DNA of 64,000 nt from Candidatus Levyibacteriota bacterium (GTDB lineage: Bacteria; Patescibacteriota; Microgenomatia; Levybacterales; UBA12049). Every line of letters begins with the position of its first letter. Position 1 is the stretch's first letter. A program made the position numbers and the translations under genes. The stretch lies in assembly GCA_038254115.1 (NCBI GenBank), contig JBBSGK010000001.1, positions 2,713 to 66,712 of the forward strand. Reading direction: 5' to 3'. The notes beneath the pieces were generated by a model. That model had not been told where the DNA came from. It worked only from the letters and a program-made list of their open reading frames with translations, and searched no databases. Below are positions 38,122 to 48,992 of this stretch, piece after piece.

Positions 38122-38474
38122 TATATTAGTAAATATACTGTCCTGACGATAAAAATAAAAGACAAAAGGGATGCTAAAAGTGTAGTGATGCTTAACATGC
38201 GGGAAAGAAGCGGGGTTTTTTTATACAATCGCGCTGATGTTATAAAGTTAATAATTAAAAATAAAATTGCCAGAAGAACAGGAATAAATATTTCCGGTCT
38301 GCTACCAAGTCTTTTTTCTCCCCAGGGTAATTGATTAAAAAGGGGCAGCAGAGGAGGTAGAGAGAAATAATAAATTCCAATAGATATAATTCCAAGTACC
38401 AAAAAAATACCTGAAAGTATCAAGCCCCATCTGGTAATCTTATCTTCTAAAATTAATTTATAAGGTCCTTTCAT
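38121..38474 (-). CDS. Hypothetical membrane protein
   Basis: Three TM segments and LPPLLPLFNQLPWGE motif; start chosen at MKGPYKL. Confidence 0.7.
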   Translation of the reverse strand: MKGPYKLILEDKITRWGLILSGIFLVLGIISIGIYYFSLPPLLPLFNQLPWGEKRLGSRPEIFIPVLLAILFLIINFITSARLYKKTPLLSRMLSITTLLASLLSFIFIVRTVYLLI

Positions 38475-39960
38475 AAATAACGACGTCATTAAAAACAAAC
38501 CTAGCACCATATTGTGACAGAGAGAAAGGAATTGCATGGGATTCCGGAAAAGTAATAATATATTTAGGATTTGCAGTATTTAGATCTGATTGAGTTTGTG
38601 AAAAAGCCATTTGAGATTGAGTTATGTGATAGGCAACTGTATATTTGCCAGGAGGAATTTTTCCGGATAGGGCATATATTTGTGCACTGTCTCCCCAAAT
38701 AAATACATTATCCGTGGATGATGTGTGGGTTCTTATGAAGGAGGCAATGTCATAATCACGTGGTGTCTTGTGATCAAAAAAAGTTTGGTAAGAAATTACA
38801 TCTTTTTTGTTCATTAGGAAAGATACGGCATTCTCATAATAACTAACCGATTTTTTTACATTTGGTTTAAAAGTCACGCATAAAATAATGGTTGTAAAGA
38901 TAAGGATTAATAAATAAATAAATTTTTCTCTCTGTTTGTTCACCGTGACCATTAGTCCGATCAGAAGACACAAGCTAGGCGCAGTCACAAGAGTATAGTG
39001 AGTGTATGGACGTCCGGAAAAAAAAGTATTGAAAAGAGAAAAAGCAAACCATATGATAATAAATATTGAAGCCTCGCTCATAAATTTTCTCTTCAAGAAA
39101 ACAAAAAAAGTAACTGATGCAAGCACAAGTAATTTGAGTATTAAAAGCCCCTGAGGAATAATCAATTTATTACCATACCCAACATATCCAACGTTGCTAA
39201 AAAATACAGCGCGTGTAAAATCCGAAAAAGCATGATTGATCAAAAAATATAAAACAGTAACAGATAGAGGAATAATAAAGCCAAATAATAATATGAGAAT
39301 AGGTTTTAGATCTTTTTCAATAAAAGATTTTATTTTAGAAAAAGAATTTGAAAATTTATCCGGGAAACTAACAATGATTAAGAAAAGACAAAATGCTGCC
39401 AGGTCAAAGACAGCAACTATTTTAAACAAAAATGAAACTCCCAATAGTAACCCAGCAAGTATTAGCGTATTGCGAATAGCGTATACCGTATAGTTTTTTA
39501 TTGAAATTTTATAAACTAGGTATCCAGCGGCTATGATTGGTAGCAGCATAAAATTTTCAGCATTGGCAATGTTTCCCTCAAGAAGCGGAGTCCCAAAAAG
39601 TAAAACAAAAAGAATTGTTGAGATTATACTAACTTTTAATTGTTTAAATAGTAATTGGGTAAGTTTAAAAAATACTACTACCGCAAGAAGGCCGCTGATT
39701 AAAGAAAAAAGTCTTACCTGAAATTGGTCACCGTGAAAAAATGCGTAGACGATATATAGAAGAGGGGGTTTGTTGTCCCAAATTTGGGAATAGAGCATAC
39801 GGTTTCTATTCATAGCAAGTCCAATTACCTGATATATTCCTTCGTCGCCATACCAGTTAGGTTCTATAAGAGAGGGAAGACGCAGTATGAAAAAGAATAA
39901 AGATAAAGATAGTAAGTACCAGAAGGATTTGCTTTTTTCTAGAATTTTTAGGGCTTTCAT
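38458..39960 (-). CDS. Multi-pass membrane glycosyltransferase (ArnT/PMT-like, GT-C fold)
   Basis: WYGDEGIY, WDNKPPL, NAENF and many TM helices. Confidence 0.82.
   Translation of the reverse strand: MKALKILEKSKSFWYLLSLSLFFFILRLPSLIEPNWYGDEGIYQVIGLAMNRNRMLYSQIWDNKPPLLYIVYAFFHGDQFQVRLFSLISGLLAVVVFFKLTQLLFKQLKVSIISTILFVLLFGTPLLEGNIANAENFMLLPIIAAGYLVYKISIKNYTVYAIRNTLILAGLLLGVSFLFKIVAVFDLAAFCLFLIIVSFPDKFSNSFSKIKSFIEKDLKPILILLFGFIIPLSVTVLYFLINHAFSDFTRAVFFSNVGYVGYGNKLIIPQGLLILKLLVLASVTFFVFLKRKFMSEASIFIIIWFAFSLFNTFFSGRPYTHYTLVTAPSLCLLIGLMVTVNKQREKFIYLLILIFTTIILCVTFKPNVKKSVSYYENAVSFLMNKKDVISYQTFFDHKTPRDYDIASFIRTHTSSTDNVFIWGDSAQIYALSGKIPPGKYTVAYHITQSQMAFSQTQSDLNTANPKYIITFPESHAIPFSLSQYGARFVFNDVVIYERTL
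39463..39497. repeat. Heptamer tandem repeat (TAGCGTA-like) in the GT-C gene
   Basis: tagcgta ttgcgaa tagcgta taccgta tagtttt; encodes NYTVYAIRNT. Confidence 0.65.
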
Positions 39961-40006
39961 TTTATTAGGTATCCGACTAAATCAATTTGGCTATAAATAA
40001 AATTCT

Positions 40007-41500
40007 TCAAACCTTTTCAGTTACCTTGTATTCAAGTCTCTTATTAAACATCAACTGAGTATGTGAGATAAGTGCAGGGAGTGAGGAGAGAAAAAATCCA
40101 ACAACTGGCATAAGAAGAAATTCAAAGGGGAAAAGAATCTTTTTGTACAGTGGTAAATGTTCATCTGCAGGTCTATTTTTGTACTCCAAATACATCATCG
40201 CCAATAACGCAACAAGACAAAAATTGAGAATTAAACCAGCCATTCGGGGAAGACTAAACCCCAGTGCAGTCCGTGAATATACGGGATTTATAATTGCCAT
40301 AAGATTTGCTGCAATCGTGATTATAAACCAATTGGCCGGCCAGAGAATGTGATCCAGCAAAACGTGATAAACAATCGCTGTTTTTCTCATAAACGGCATT
40401 TCAGGTACCGTAAACCACCATTTGATAAAAAGGGGATTGTCTGATACGCCCCATGACCAGCGACGTTCCTGGATGTATTTATTTTTGAGGCTTTTCATGT
40501 AGCTGGTTGACTGGGCCGCATCCATAGATGTTTTTAAGAATATCGGCTCTACCCATATATTACCTTTTTTCATAAAAAATGATTTAAAAAATATTCGGTA
40601 ATCCTCAGGAATTACGTCAGTATCCCAATAGCCAACCTCGCGTAAAAGCTTGAATGAAAGCGAATATGTTGATTGCGTGATGAGTCTATCTCCTTGGACT
40701 AAGAGAGCTATGCGCCAGAGACTTCCAAAGAATGAAAGGATTCGGGTGGGGGCCGGAATCTGCCAGGTGTTATTGTAAAAAACAACCGCCGACTGCCAAA
40801 ATTTATTATAACGCTTGTTATCACCAAGAAATTTATAAGTTAGATAGGAAAAATATTCTTTGTGAAACAAAGAATCAGCGTCAACCGATGAAACAGTTGT
40901 ATAATCCAAATCAAGGCTGCCATTGTGAAATAATTTTTCATATGCGGCCCGTCCAGCGTATGCTTCATTTGATGATTTACCTTTTGTTTCACCTGCAACA
41001 TCCGGATGATAGGTTGCGAAGATACTTCCAAAGATATGACTGAATTCTTTGATTAAAATTGCTGCCCGTTCTTTTGCCTCCGGTTCCCGTTCCTCCATTG
41101 CCAGCACTATATGTAAATTTTTTCTTGGGAATGATTGATTAGCAAGTACATTAAGTGTCACTCTTACTTTTTCGGCCTTTTCTTTGTAGTTGGGAATTAT
41201 TAGTACATGATGTACCTTTAGGACATCTGGAAACTTTTTTGCTCTCTCAAACCAATTTTCTTTTTCTGCAACTTTAATTCTTTTTGATGCCAAATAAGCA
41301 GTACGTACCAAAGAGAAAGACTTAAAAAGCCAGTAAACATCAAAGAAAAGAATGAAGTAGGCAAGAAGCGTTGGGATAAAAAAAGATCCCCAAAGAGGGA
41401 AAAGAATAACTGTCCAAGCTATAAATCCCGGAAAGACTTCCAAAGCTCTCCGCGTTTTTATTGGATATTTTGTAAATATCTTATTGAAGAAGTTTGTCAT
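40007..41500 (-). CDS. Glycosyltransferase family 2, membrane-bound
   Basis: IPNYKE, GKSSNE, DADS, EDYRIF and QERRWSWG (QxxRW). Confidence 0.88.
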   Translation of the reverse strand: MTNFFNKIFTKYPIKTRRALEVFPGFIAWTVILFPLWGSFFIPTLLAYFILFFDVYWLFKSFSLVRTAYLASKRIKVAEKENWFERAKKFPDVLKVHHVLIIPNYKEKAEKVRVTLNVLANQSFPRKNLHIVLAMEEREPEAKERAAILIKEFSHIFGSIFATYHPDVAGETKGKSSNEAYAGRAAYEKLFHNGSLDLDYTTVSSVDADSLFHKEYFSYLTYKFLGDNKRYNKFWQSAVVFYNNTWQIPAPTRILSFFGSLWRIALLVQGDRLITQSTYSLSFKLLREVGYWDTDVIPEDYRIFFKSFFMKKGNIWVEPIFLKTSMDAAQSTSYMKSLKNKYIQERRWSWGVSDNPLFIKWWFTVPEMPFMRKTAIVYHVLLDHILWPANWFIITIAANLMAIINPVYSRTALGFSLPRMAGLILNFCLVALLAMMYLEYKNRPADEHLPLYKKILFPFEFLLMPVVGFFLSSLPALISHTQLMFNKRLEYKVTEKV

Positions 41501-41510
41501 AAGTAAAAAT

Positions 41511-42317
41511 TTATTTTAACCGGTTAAAGAAACTAAAAATATTTTTGTCTGTTTGCTCAACCAATTTTTCAAACGATATACCTTTTAATTTGCTCAAGAA
41601 TTCTGCTGTAATTATAGCATGTTTGGGCTCATTACGCTTTCCGCGAAAAGGAATGGGTGTGAGATAGGGACTGTCTGTTTCAATAACGATCCGCTCAAGA
41701 GGGGTAAGTTTGGCCAGCTCGGAAAGAGAAACGGTTTCACCCGGCGCTAAGCCTTTATACGTTATGTTCCCGTCAAATCCTATACAAAAACCCATCTGCA
41801 AAGCCGCTTTTAGAGTTTCCGTGTCTCCTGCAAAACAATGGAACATACCTGGTTTATTCAGCAACAAATGTTGATGAGATTTTAAAATTTCAATAATATC
41901 GTGCCCTGCATGGCGGTTATGAATTTGAAGAGGCAATTTTAGTTGATGCGCTAGCTCTATCTGATCAATAAACATTTTTTTCTGTAAAACTGGATCTACA
42001 ATGTCGTTTGATTGATACGAATAATAATCCAATCCTATCTCCCCAATTGCCAAGACTTTTTTGTTTTGGGCGAGTTTTTTTAGTCTTTCGATCCAATCTG
42101 ATTCGAGGTTGTGTTTGTCTGCATGATGCGGATGGACGCCAACAATTGCGTAAAGCTCAGGATATTTTTCAGCAAATTCTACCGCTTTTTGGCTTGATTC
42201 TACGCGGGTTCCGACATTAATTATTCTTGTAATTCCCGCCGCGAATGCATCTTGAATAACTTTCTTGTAATCATTTTCAAAAGCCTCAAACTGAAGGTGG
42301 CAATGAACGTCGATCAT
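41511..42317 (-). CDS. tatD: TatD family DNase
   Basis: DVHCH, GVHPH, IGEIGLD, HCF and ETDSPYL. Confidence 0.93.
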   Translation of the reverse strand: MIDVHCHLQFEAFENDYKKVIQDAFAAGITRIINVGTRVESSQKAVEFAEKYPELYAIVGVHPHHADKHNLESDWIERLKKLAQNKKVLAIGEIGLDYYSYQSNDIVDPVLQKKMFIDQIELAHQLKLPLQIHNRHAGHDIIEILKSHQHLLLNKPGMFHCFAGDTETLKAALQMGFCIGFDGNITYKGLAPGETVSLSELAKLTPLERIVIETDSPYLTPIPFRGKRNEPKHAIITAEFLSKLKGISFEKLVEQTDKNIFSFFNRLK

Positions 42318-43756
42318 GTTATTCTTGGAAATAGCGGAGTTTGACTTTTGATTTTTGGGCCTTTGAATTGTTCGATAATACTTTCCGAAGTTGCGGGCAT
42401 AAAAGGTTGAAGAAGAATTGCAATTTCCTGAATCTGGTCAACGCAGTGGGCAAGTACACTTTTTGTCCGCTCCGGGTCTGTTTTTAATAATTGCCACGGT
42501 TTTTCACTTTGTATGTATTGATCGACCTTTGTGATTTTTTTCCACAGAAAGGAAAGCGCATCATTAAATTTATATTCAGAAAGTGCTTTTATATAAGTAT
42601 CATCCGTCAGTATATGTTCAGTTGTTTTGTTTTTTGATCCAGTTTCTGTGTAGTCAGTTGTTTCGCACAATTTGGCAACACGGGCGACAAGATTTCCCAG
42701 CCCATTGGCAAGATCTGCGTTATAAACTTCTTTAAAGCGTGAAAGAGTAAAGTCTCCGTCATCAAATGCGGGAATCTCGCGAAGTAAATAATAACGCAGC
42801 GCATCTGTTCCATATTCTTTCACAAGATCAAATGGATTAACTACATTTCCAATACTTTTACTCATTTTTTGGCCCCCGCTATTTATAAAACCATGAATCA
42901 ATATTTGTCTTGATGGTTCAATTCCGGCTGACATAAGCATTGCCTGCCACATGGCGGACTGTTGCCTGAGATTATCTTTTCCTGCGAGCTGAATAACCGG
43001 CCAATATTGCCCGAATCTTTCTAAATCCTCAGGCCAGCCGATTGCCGAAATATAATTAACCAGCGCATCAAACCACACATACATTACATGGTCATCATCA
43101 CCAGGAACAGGTACGCCCCATGGCATCTTGTTTTTAAGTCTTGAGATACTGAAATCTTCAAGGCCTCGTTTTACAAATGATTTTATTTCATTGAAACGGA
43201 AATCAGGAAGTACAAAATCCGGTCTTTTTCTATATAGTTCCAAAAGAGGTTTTTGGTATTTAGAGAACCGGAAAAAATAATTCTCCTCATCAATTATTTC
43301 TATTTCAGCATTTGGATGTATCGGACAGCGTCCCTCAACAAGTTCGGAGTCTGTTTTTTCCAGTTCACAGCCAACGCAGTATTTTACTTTATACGCCTTT
43401 TTATAAATATCGTCACTTTCAAGGCATCTTTTCCAGAACTCCTGTGCTGCTTTCTTGTGAAATGGAGCAGTAGTTCTTATGAAATTGACATCCTCTACCA
43501 ATCCCAAAGCGCCTTTGAGATCTTTAAATTTTTCTGCATACTCATCAACATATTTCTGTGTATCTTTTTTACTTTCCTGGGCCTTTCTGTGGATTTTGAG
43601 TCCGTGTTCATCAGTCCCTGTATTGAAAAAAACATCATTTCCAAGAGATCTTAAGTAACGGACATTTGTATCTGCTTGGACCAACTCAAGCGCAAAACCA
43701 ATATGGGGCTCAGCATTGACATATGGAAGAGTGGTGGTAATATAAAATTTACTCAT
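42314..43756 (-). CDS. metG: Methionine--tRNA ligase
   Basis: YVNAEPHIG, GTDEHG, YVWFDALVNY and KMSKS. Confidence 0.96.
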   Translation of the reverse strand: MSKFYITTTLPYVNAEPHIGFALELVQADTNVRYLRSLGNDVFFNTGTDEHGLKIHRKAQESKKDTQKYVDEYAEKFKDLKGALGLVEDVNFIRTTAPFHKKAAQEFWKRCLESDDIYKKAYKVKYCVGCELEKTDSELVEGRCPIHPNAEIEIIDEENYFFRFSKYQKPLLELYRKRPDFVLPDFRFNEIKSFVKRGLEDFSISRLKNKMPWGVPVPGDDDHVMYVWFDALVNYISAIGWPEDLERFGQYWPVIQLAGKDNLRQQSAMWQAMLMSAGIEPSRQILIHGFINSGGQKMSKSIGNVVNPFDLVKEYGTDALRYYLLREIPAFDDGDFTLSRFKEVYNADLANGLGNLVARVAKLCETTDYTETGSKNKTTEHILTDDTYIKALSEYKFNDALSFLWKKITKVDQYIQSEKPWQLLKTDPERTKSVLAHCVDQIQEIAILLQPFMPATSESIIEQFKGPKIKSQTPLFPRIT

Positions 43757-43768
43757 AGGTTCATGAAA

Positions 43769-43797
43769 ATTGTATCAGAGGCAGGGAAGTTAGACAA
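43769..43797 (-). promoter_or_regulatory. Putative metG promoter
   Basis: Minus strand TTGTCT-17 nt-TACAAT. Confidence 0.5.
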
Positions 43798-43825
43798 GGT
43801 TTATGCCGCAGTTTTTCTAGAAAAG

Positions 43826-44002
43826 TTACTTTGACTGTAATCTTCTATCTTGTTTTTGTAATTTATCCTCTAATTCTGCTCTGCGCTCAAATAAAACAGT
43901 TGGAACAGTTGCCCCAGTCCTTTTGAGGTTTCTTTCTCTTCTTCTGTTTTTTTTAAGCTCTTGTAATGTTTGGCTATATCTACGTCTCTCTTTGTCAGTC
44001 AT
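43826..44002 (-). CDS. Small basic hypothetical protein (58 aa, MTDKERRRYSQTLQELKKNRRRERN...)
   Basis: Hand-translated ORF below the track cutoff, directly downstream of the riboswitch terminator. Confidence 0.5.
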   Translation of the reverse strand: MTDKERRRYSQTLQELKKNRRRERNLKRTGATVPTVLFERRAELEDKLQKQDRRLQSK

Positions 44003-44070
44003 TTGTTATTTATTTAATTTTTTATAAGATTAAAAAATCTTCATCAAATTTGTTTGTTTTGAGATTAAGC

Positions 44071-44093
44071 AAAAAAACTCCCCAAAAGGGAGT
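44071..44093 (-). terminator. Riboswitch-associated intrinsic terminator
   Basis: Minus strand AACTCCC-TTTTG-GGGAGTT followed by a U run. Confidence 0.8.
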
Positions 44094-44125
44094 TATTAGT
44101 TATTTCCTTACGTATTTCTACGTGG

Positions 44126-44232
44126 CTAATCCTTCCCGTATGGGTTTGGGTTTAGCACCGTTTCCCGATTTAATCAGGATCGGTTGCTGGATGGGTCATC
44201 GAGCCAAAACTCTTACCATCACTCTTGATTAA
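44126..44232 (-). ncRNA. SAM-I-clan riboswitch aptamer
   Basis: Minus strand AATCAAGAG...TTGGCTCGATGACC..CAGCAACC...GGTGCTAAA.CC...GGGAAGGATTAG; P1 AATC/GATT and pseudoknot TTGGC/GCTAA. Confidence 0.85.
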
Positions 44233-44236
44233 ATTT

Positions 44237-44265
44237 ATAATATCATACACTTTGGTCTATGACAA
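44237..44265 (-). promoter_or_regulatory. Promoter of the riboswitch transcript
   Basis: Minus strand TTGTCA-17 nt-TATTAT with extended TG, placing the start at the aptamer 5' end. Confidence 0.6.
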
Positions 44266-44343
44266 TAGGCTAAAGTATATGTTTTGATATTTGTTATCTG
44301 AAATTTGCAACAGTTGAGTTGCTTACTACTGAGTTCAAAAGTA

Positions 44344-44712
44344 TTAAATTTTTACTTCAGGATCATTGAGGGAGCTTGGCCACATAGCCGGATCGCCGTG
44401 GATATTTTGTGTCGTACTGACGAGGACAGCCTTTTCTGACGGATTGTGGTTTGATACCCGGAGCCGGTCTTCGTAGACTCTTCTCGCAAATTTTTGAAGC
44501 TGGTAAGCTTTTGGTTCACCTGTCATTCCATCAAAGTGTTTTTGTATCGCTTCCTTTGTAGCCCAAACCTCATAATTCCGGACAGGTTTATTGTCCTCGC
44601 CAACATGCCCAATGCTCATTTTGTATAGATTGCCTTTGGGACTGTACTTCATGCCACGGCTCACATTTATGGTTCCACGGGGCGGTAATGGTTGAAGAAC
44701 TCCAATATTCAT
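44344..44712 (-). CDS. Hypothetical protein
   Basis: 122-aa ORF divergent from hrcA; no motif recognised. Confidence 0.65.
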   Translation of the reverse strand: MNIGVLQPLPPRGTINVSRGMKYSPKGNLYKMSIGHVGEDNKPVRNYEVWATKEAIQKHFDGMTGEPKAYQLQKFARRVYEDRLRVSNHNPSEKAVLVSTTQNIHGDPAMWPSSLNDPEVKI

Positions 44713-44754
44713 ACAAGTATTTTTCTTAGTTTAGCGTATCACATTATCTTGGAC

Positions 44755-44791
44755 TTGACAAGATTTGGCACTCATGGTATATTATTGCTAA
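44755..44791 (+). promoter_or_regulatory. hrcA promoter overlapped by a degenerate CIRCE operator
   Basis: TTGACA-17-TATATT; TTGGCACTC-N9-TATTGCTAA (44765-44791) versus consensus TTAGCACTC-N9-GAGTGCTAA. Confidence 0.75.
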
Positions 44792-44805
44792 TCCAAATTA
44801 AGTTT

Positions 44806-45537
44806 ATGCATAATCTAACTCAACGCCAAATTGAAATTCTCAAAAGTATCATTGAGGAATACATCGAATCTGCAGAAGCGGTAGGATCTGAAACTATTGA
44901 GAAAAAACATAGTGTTAGCGCCAGTCCGGCAACAATCCGAAATGAAATGGTAAAGCTTGCAGAATATGGATACATCAAAAAACCGCATTCATCAGCTGGG
45001 CGTGTTCCGACAGGTTCGGGGCTTAAATTCTATGTACGTGAGCTGATGAAGGAAAAAGAGCTTTCAACCGTTGAAGAAGTTGCACTGAAAGAAAAAGTTT
45101 GGGATTACCGCGATAAAATGCAGCGTTTTTTGAAAGAAACAACAAAGTCTCTAGCTACCAAAACCAATGCCCTGGCAATAGCAACTACCAATGAGGGGGA
45201 TATATTTTGCTCCGGCTATGCAAATATTCTGGAAATGCCGGAATTTTTTGATATCGATGTCACAAAGAATTTACTCGAGGCGCTGGATGAATATGATTGT
45301 TTTGAAAATATTTTTGCAAATACACAGGGCGGTTCGGAGATTCATGTTTTGATTGAAGATGAGCTTGGAGATAGCCTGCAAGGACCTTATGGATTTATCT
45401 TCACCGAATATGCAACACCTTTAAATATTCAGGGCAGAATTGGAGTATTGGGGCCGGCTAGACTTGCATATACCTCGATAATTCCAACTGTGCGTTATTT
45501 TGGAGAAATGATTAGAGAGAGCGCTAAGGGGTGGTAA
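44806..45537 (+). CDS. hrcA: Heat-inducible transcription repressor HrcA
   Basis: LTQRQ.EIL..IIEEYI, SPATIRNEM, PHSSAGRVPT and GVLGPARL. Confidence 0.93.
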   Translation: MHNLTQRQIEILKSIIEEYIESAEAVGSETIEKKHSVSASPATIRNEMVKLAEYGYIKKPHSSAGRVPTGSGLKFYVRELMKEKELSTVEEVALKEKVWDYRDKMQRFLKETTKSLATKTNALAIATTNEGDIFCSGYANILEMPEFFDIDVTKNLLEALDEYDCFENIFANTQGGSEIHVLIEDELGDSLQGPYGFIFTEYATPLNIQGRIGVLGPARLAYTSIIPTVRYFGEMIRESAKGW

Positions 45538-45570
45538 TTCTGCAAAGCAGAATACTAATAACTAATAACA

Positions 45571-46083
45571 ATGACAAAGAAAAATGAAAAGAAAATAGAA
45601 GATATAGATGGAGCAGACGAGATTGATTCAGACGCAATTGTGGAAGAAGCAGGTGAAGAAGGTGATTCGGAAAGTGAAGATTTAAGGGTAAAGCTTGTGG
45701 AATTTGACAATAACTATAAAAGAGCGCTTGCAGATTATCAAAATTTGCAGAAACGGGTAAGTGAGGAAAGACGGGATTTGATATTGGCAGCGAACAAAGA
45801 TTTGCTCTTGCGAATTTTATCAGTTTTGGATACACTAGTACTTGCAAATCATCACGACGGAAGTGAAGGTTTGAAAGTCGCTATCAAGCAATTTTTGGAT
45901 GTATTGAAAGCGGAGGGAGTAACACAAATAGAAACGGCCGGAAAAGAGTTTGATCCTCATCTGATGGAGGCAGTAGCAATTGACTCAGGAGAAGAGAATA
46001 AAGTCTTAGAAGAAATGCGCTCAGGATTTGTATTGAATGAAAAGGTTTTGCGTCCGGCGCAAGTAAAGGTAGGAAAGGAATAA
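45571..46083 (+). CDS. grpE: Nucleotide exchange factor GrpE
   Basis: RALADYQNLQKR, FDPHLMEA and VLRPAQVKV. Confidence 0.95.
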   Translation: MTKKNEKKIEDIDGADEIDSDAIVEEAGEEGDSESEDLRVKLVEFDNNYKRALADYQNLQKRVSEERRDLILAANKDLLLRILSVLDTLVLANHHDGSEGLKVAIKQFLDVLKAEGVTQIETAGKEFDPHLMEAVAIDSGEENKVLEEMRSGFVLNEKVLRPAQVKVGKE

Positions 46084-46089
46084 AATAAT

Positions 46090-48012
46090 ATGGGAAAAAT
46101 AATTGGAATAGATTTAGGAACAACAAATTCATGCGTTGCAGTAATGGAGGGTGGAAGTCCCAAAGTTATCCATTCGGCTGAAGGACGTAACACAATTCCC
46201 TCAGTTGTGGATCCGATCTCACACATTGTCGGTGATGTTGCAAAGCGCCAGATGGCTCTTAAGCCAAAAAGAACAATTTTCTCAATCAAGAGATTAATTG
46301 GGCGAAAGTTTAGCGATAAAACAGTTAAGGAAGATATCAAATGGCTTCCATACACTGTTAAGGCCGGGCGCGACGACATGGCAGTTGTTGAAGTTGAGGG
46401 GAAAACATTTACTCCTCAGGAGCTCTCAGCCCAAATTCTCCAAAAAATCAAAGCAGATGCGGAATCGTATCTTGGTGATAAAGTAACACAAGCTGTTATT
46501 ACAGTTCCTGCATATTTTGATGACAGTGAGCGTCAGGCAACCAAGCAAGCCGGTGAAATCGCGGGTCTTGAGGTATTGCGTATCATTAACGAGCCGACTG
46601 CAGCCGCGCTTGCATACGGACTGGATAAGAAAAACGCCCACACGATAGCAGTTTATGACTTGGGAGGGGGAACATTTGATATTTCTATTCTTGAGCTTGG
46701 AGAAGGCGTTTATCAAGTTAAATCAACCAATGGTGATACGCATCTTGGAGGAGATGATTTTGACCAAAAGATAATTAATTATCTCGCGGATGAATTCCAA
46801 AAAGAAAACGGAATTGATCTGAGAAAAGACCCCCAAGCGCTTCAAAGACTGAAAGAATCAGCAGAAAAAGCAAAAATTGAACTTTCAAGCAGTCAGGAAG
46901 CATCAATAAATCAGCCGTTTATTACCCAGGGAAAAGACGGACCGCTTCATCTTACCTTGAGTTTGTCCCGCTCAAAGCTTGAGCAAATCGTTGATGATCT
47001 GATCCAAAAAACACTAATTCCTTTAGAAAAAGCAGTCAAAGATGCTGGAGTTAAAGTGTCAGATGTCGAGGAAATTATTTTAGTTGGTGGAATGACCCGC
47101 ATGCCTAAAGTGGCTGAAGCAGTTGAAAAATTCTTTGGTAAAGAAGCCAACCGTTCAGTCAATCCTGATGAAGTTGTCGCAATCGGAGCCGCCGTACAGG
47201 CAGGAGTTTTGGGCGGTGAGGTCAAAGACGTATTGCTTTTGGATGTCACACCTTTGACTCTCGGGATTGAAACTCTCGGCAGTGTTTCAACTCCTTTGAT
47301 TGAGCGCAATACAACAATCCCGACCTCGAAATCTCAAACATTTTCAACGGCTGGTGATAATCAGACACAGGTTGAAATAAATGTTCTGCAGGGAGAGAGA
47401 CCAATGGCAGCAGACAATAAATCTTTGGGCCGATTTGATCTGCAAGGTATTCCTCCTGCTCCCCGTGGCGTCCCACAAGTAGAGGTCACGTTTGACTTGG
47501 ATGCCAACGGGATTTTGAATGTGTCCGCAAAAGACAAGGCAACCGGTAAGGAGAACAAAATCCAAATTACTGGGTCAACGGGGCTTTCAAAAGAAGAAGT
47601 TGAGAAAATGACCAAGGATGCTGAGGTAAATGCCAAAGAGGATGAGGAGAAAAAAGGAAAAATAGAAGCACGCAATCACGCGGATTCACTTATCTTTACT
47701 TCTGAAAAATCGCTGAAGGACGCAGGCGATAAATTAGCAGAAGATATCAAAAAAGAAGTTGAGGAAAAGATCAAAGCCCTAAAAGATATTTTGGATAGTG
47801 GTGCAAAAGAGGAATTGGAATCAAAAACCAACGAACTTTCAGAATCACTTCAAAAAATAGGGCAGGCTACATATCAAGAGGGACAAAAAGCGCAAGAAGA
47901 GCCGGAAATTGAGACAGAGGAAAAAGAGGGCAAAACGGAGACAGATGGTACAAAAGAGACAAAGGACAAAAAGGATAAAGACGAACCTGTTGAAGGGGAA
48001 GTTGTAGAATAA
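46090..48012 (+). CDS. dnaK: Chaperone DnaK
   Basis: [23 protein letters not shown] and NPDEVVA. Confidence 0.98.
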   Translation: MGKIIGIDLGTTNSCVAVMEGGSPKVIHSAEGRNTIPSVVDPISHIVGDVAKRQMALKPKRTIFSIKRLIGRKFSDKTVKEDIKWLPYTVKAGRDDMAVVEVEGKTFTPQELSAQILQKIKADAESYLGDKVTQAVITVPAYFDDSERQATKQAGEIAGLEVLRIINEPTAAALAYGLDKKNAHTIAVYDLGGGTFDISILELGEGVYQVKSTNGDTHLGGDDFDQKIINYLADEFQKENGIDLRKDPQALQRLKESAEKAKIELSSSQEASINQPFITQGKDGPLHLTLSLSRSKLEQIVDDLIQKTLIPLEKAVKDAGVKVSDVEEIILVGGMTRMPKVAEAVEKFFGKEANRSVNPDEVVAIGAAVQAGVLGGEVKDVLLLDVTPLTLGIETLGSVSTPLIERNTTIPTSKSQTFSTAGDNQTQVEINVLQGERPMAADNKSLGRFDLQGIPPAPRGVPQVEVTFDLDANGILNVSAKDKATGKENKIQITGSTGLSKEEVEKMTKDAEVNAKEDEEKKGKIEARNHADSLIFTSEKSLKDAGDKLAEDIKKEVEEKIKALKDILDSGAKEELESKTNELSESLQKIGQATYQEGQKAQEEPEIETEEKEGKTETDGTKETKDKKDKDEPVEGEVVE

Positions 48013-48077
48013 AGTTTGGAGTAAGTTGATCGCATTAATTTTTAGGCGCGGAAGCGTTTTTTTAGTATAATAGGCAT

Positions 48078-48941
48078 ATGGCAGACAAAGATTATTACAG
48101 TGTACTTGGAGTTTCCAAATCGGCATCGGCCGATGAGATAAAAAAGGCCTACCGCAAACTTGCCTTGGAATATCATCCTGACCGGAATAAAGGTAAAGAG
48201 GCAGGAGCTAAATTCAAAGAAGTGACCAAGGCCTACGAAGTCTTATCCAACGAGGAAAAAAGGAAAACTTATGATCAGGTGGGACATTCAGGTTTTGAGC
48301 AAGGAGGATTTGGCGGAGCAGGAGGACCAGCTGGCGGGCAGCAGGGCGGACAATATGGGCCATTTTCATATACCTATTCGGCAGGTGGAAATGGAGCAAA
48401 TTTTGACTTTGGAGGATTCTCGGATCCTTTTGAAATATTTGAGCAGTTTTTTGGCGGAGCGTCTCCATTCGGTTCGCATGAAAGACGGGATTCTTATTCT
48501 ATGAGAATTAGTTTTGATGAAGCAGTCCATGGCGCAGAAAAACAGGTAAATATAAAAGGAAAAAGTCAGAAGATAAAAATCCCCCAAGGCGTAGACCGCG
48601 GATCTCGCATAAGATTTGGTGATTACGACGTAGTAATAGATGTAGGTCAAAGTGATAAATTTGGACGTGAAGGATATAATATAGTTTCAGAAAAAGAGAT
48701 TTCTTTTCCTCAGGCAGCACTTGGTGGTGAGATGAAGGTTGAGACAATTGATGGGGAAGTAAAAATCCGGATACCTGCCGGTACACAGCCTGAGACTGTA
48801 ATCCGCCTCGCGGGTAGGGGGGTAAAGCATGTGCAGGGAAATGGGCGGGGAGATCACTATGTCAGGATAAAGATAACAATCCCCAAAAAACTAACACGTC
48901 AACAAAAAGAACTCCTGGAAAAGCTCCAAAACTCCACATAA
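48078..48941 (+). CDS. dnaJ: DnaJ-class chaperone lacking the zinc finger (type II)
   Basis: J-domain HPD, G/F region and C-terminal domain; no CxxCxGxG repeats. Confidence 0.88.
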   Translation: MADKDYYSVLGVSKSASADEIKKAYRKLALEYHPDRNKGKEAGAKFKEVTKAYEVLSNEEKRKTYDQVGHSGFEQGGFGGAGGPAGGQQGGQYGPFSYTYSAGGNGANFDFGGFSDPFEIFEQFFGGASPFGSHERRDSYSMRISFDEAVHGAEKQVNIKGKSQKIKIPQGVDRGSRIRFGDYDVVIDVGQSDKFGREGYNIVSEKEISFPQAALGGEMKVETIDGEVKIRIPAGTQPETVIRLAGRGVKHVQGNGRGDHYVRIKITIPKKLTRQQKELLEKLQNST

Positions 48942-48992
48942 AAGTAATCCTATAATTGACAAAAGGCTCATAGTATGATATAAAACAGTTCT

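Noticed and set aside
43966-44232. 88-aa + strand ORF in the track
   Set aside because: Antisense to the SAM riboswitch and terminator; no protein-like features.
44692-44805. N-terminal extension of hrcA in the ORF track
   Set aside because: It spans the promoter/CIRCE and overlaps the divergent gene; homology starts at ATG 44806.
45957-47675. Long antisense ORFs over dnaK and other conserved genes
   Set aside because: Typical antisense shadows of strongly conserved coding sequence.
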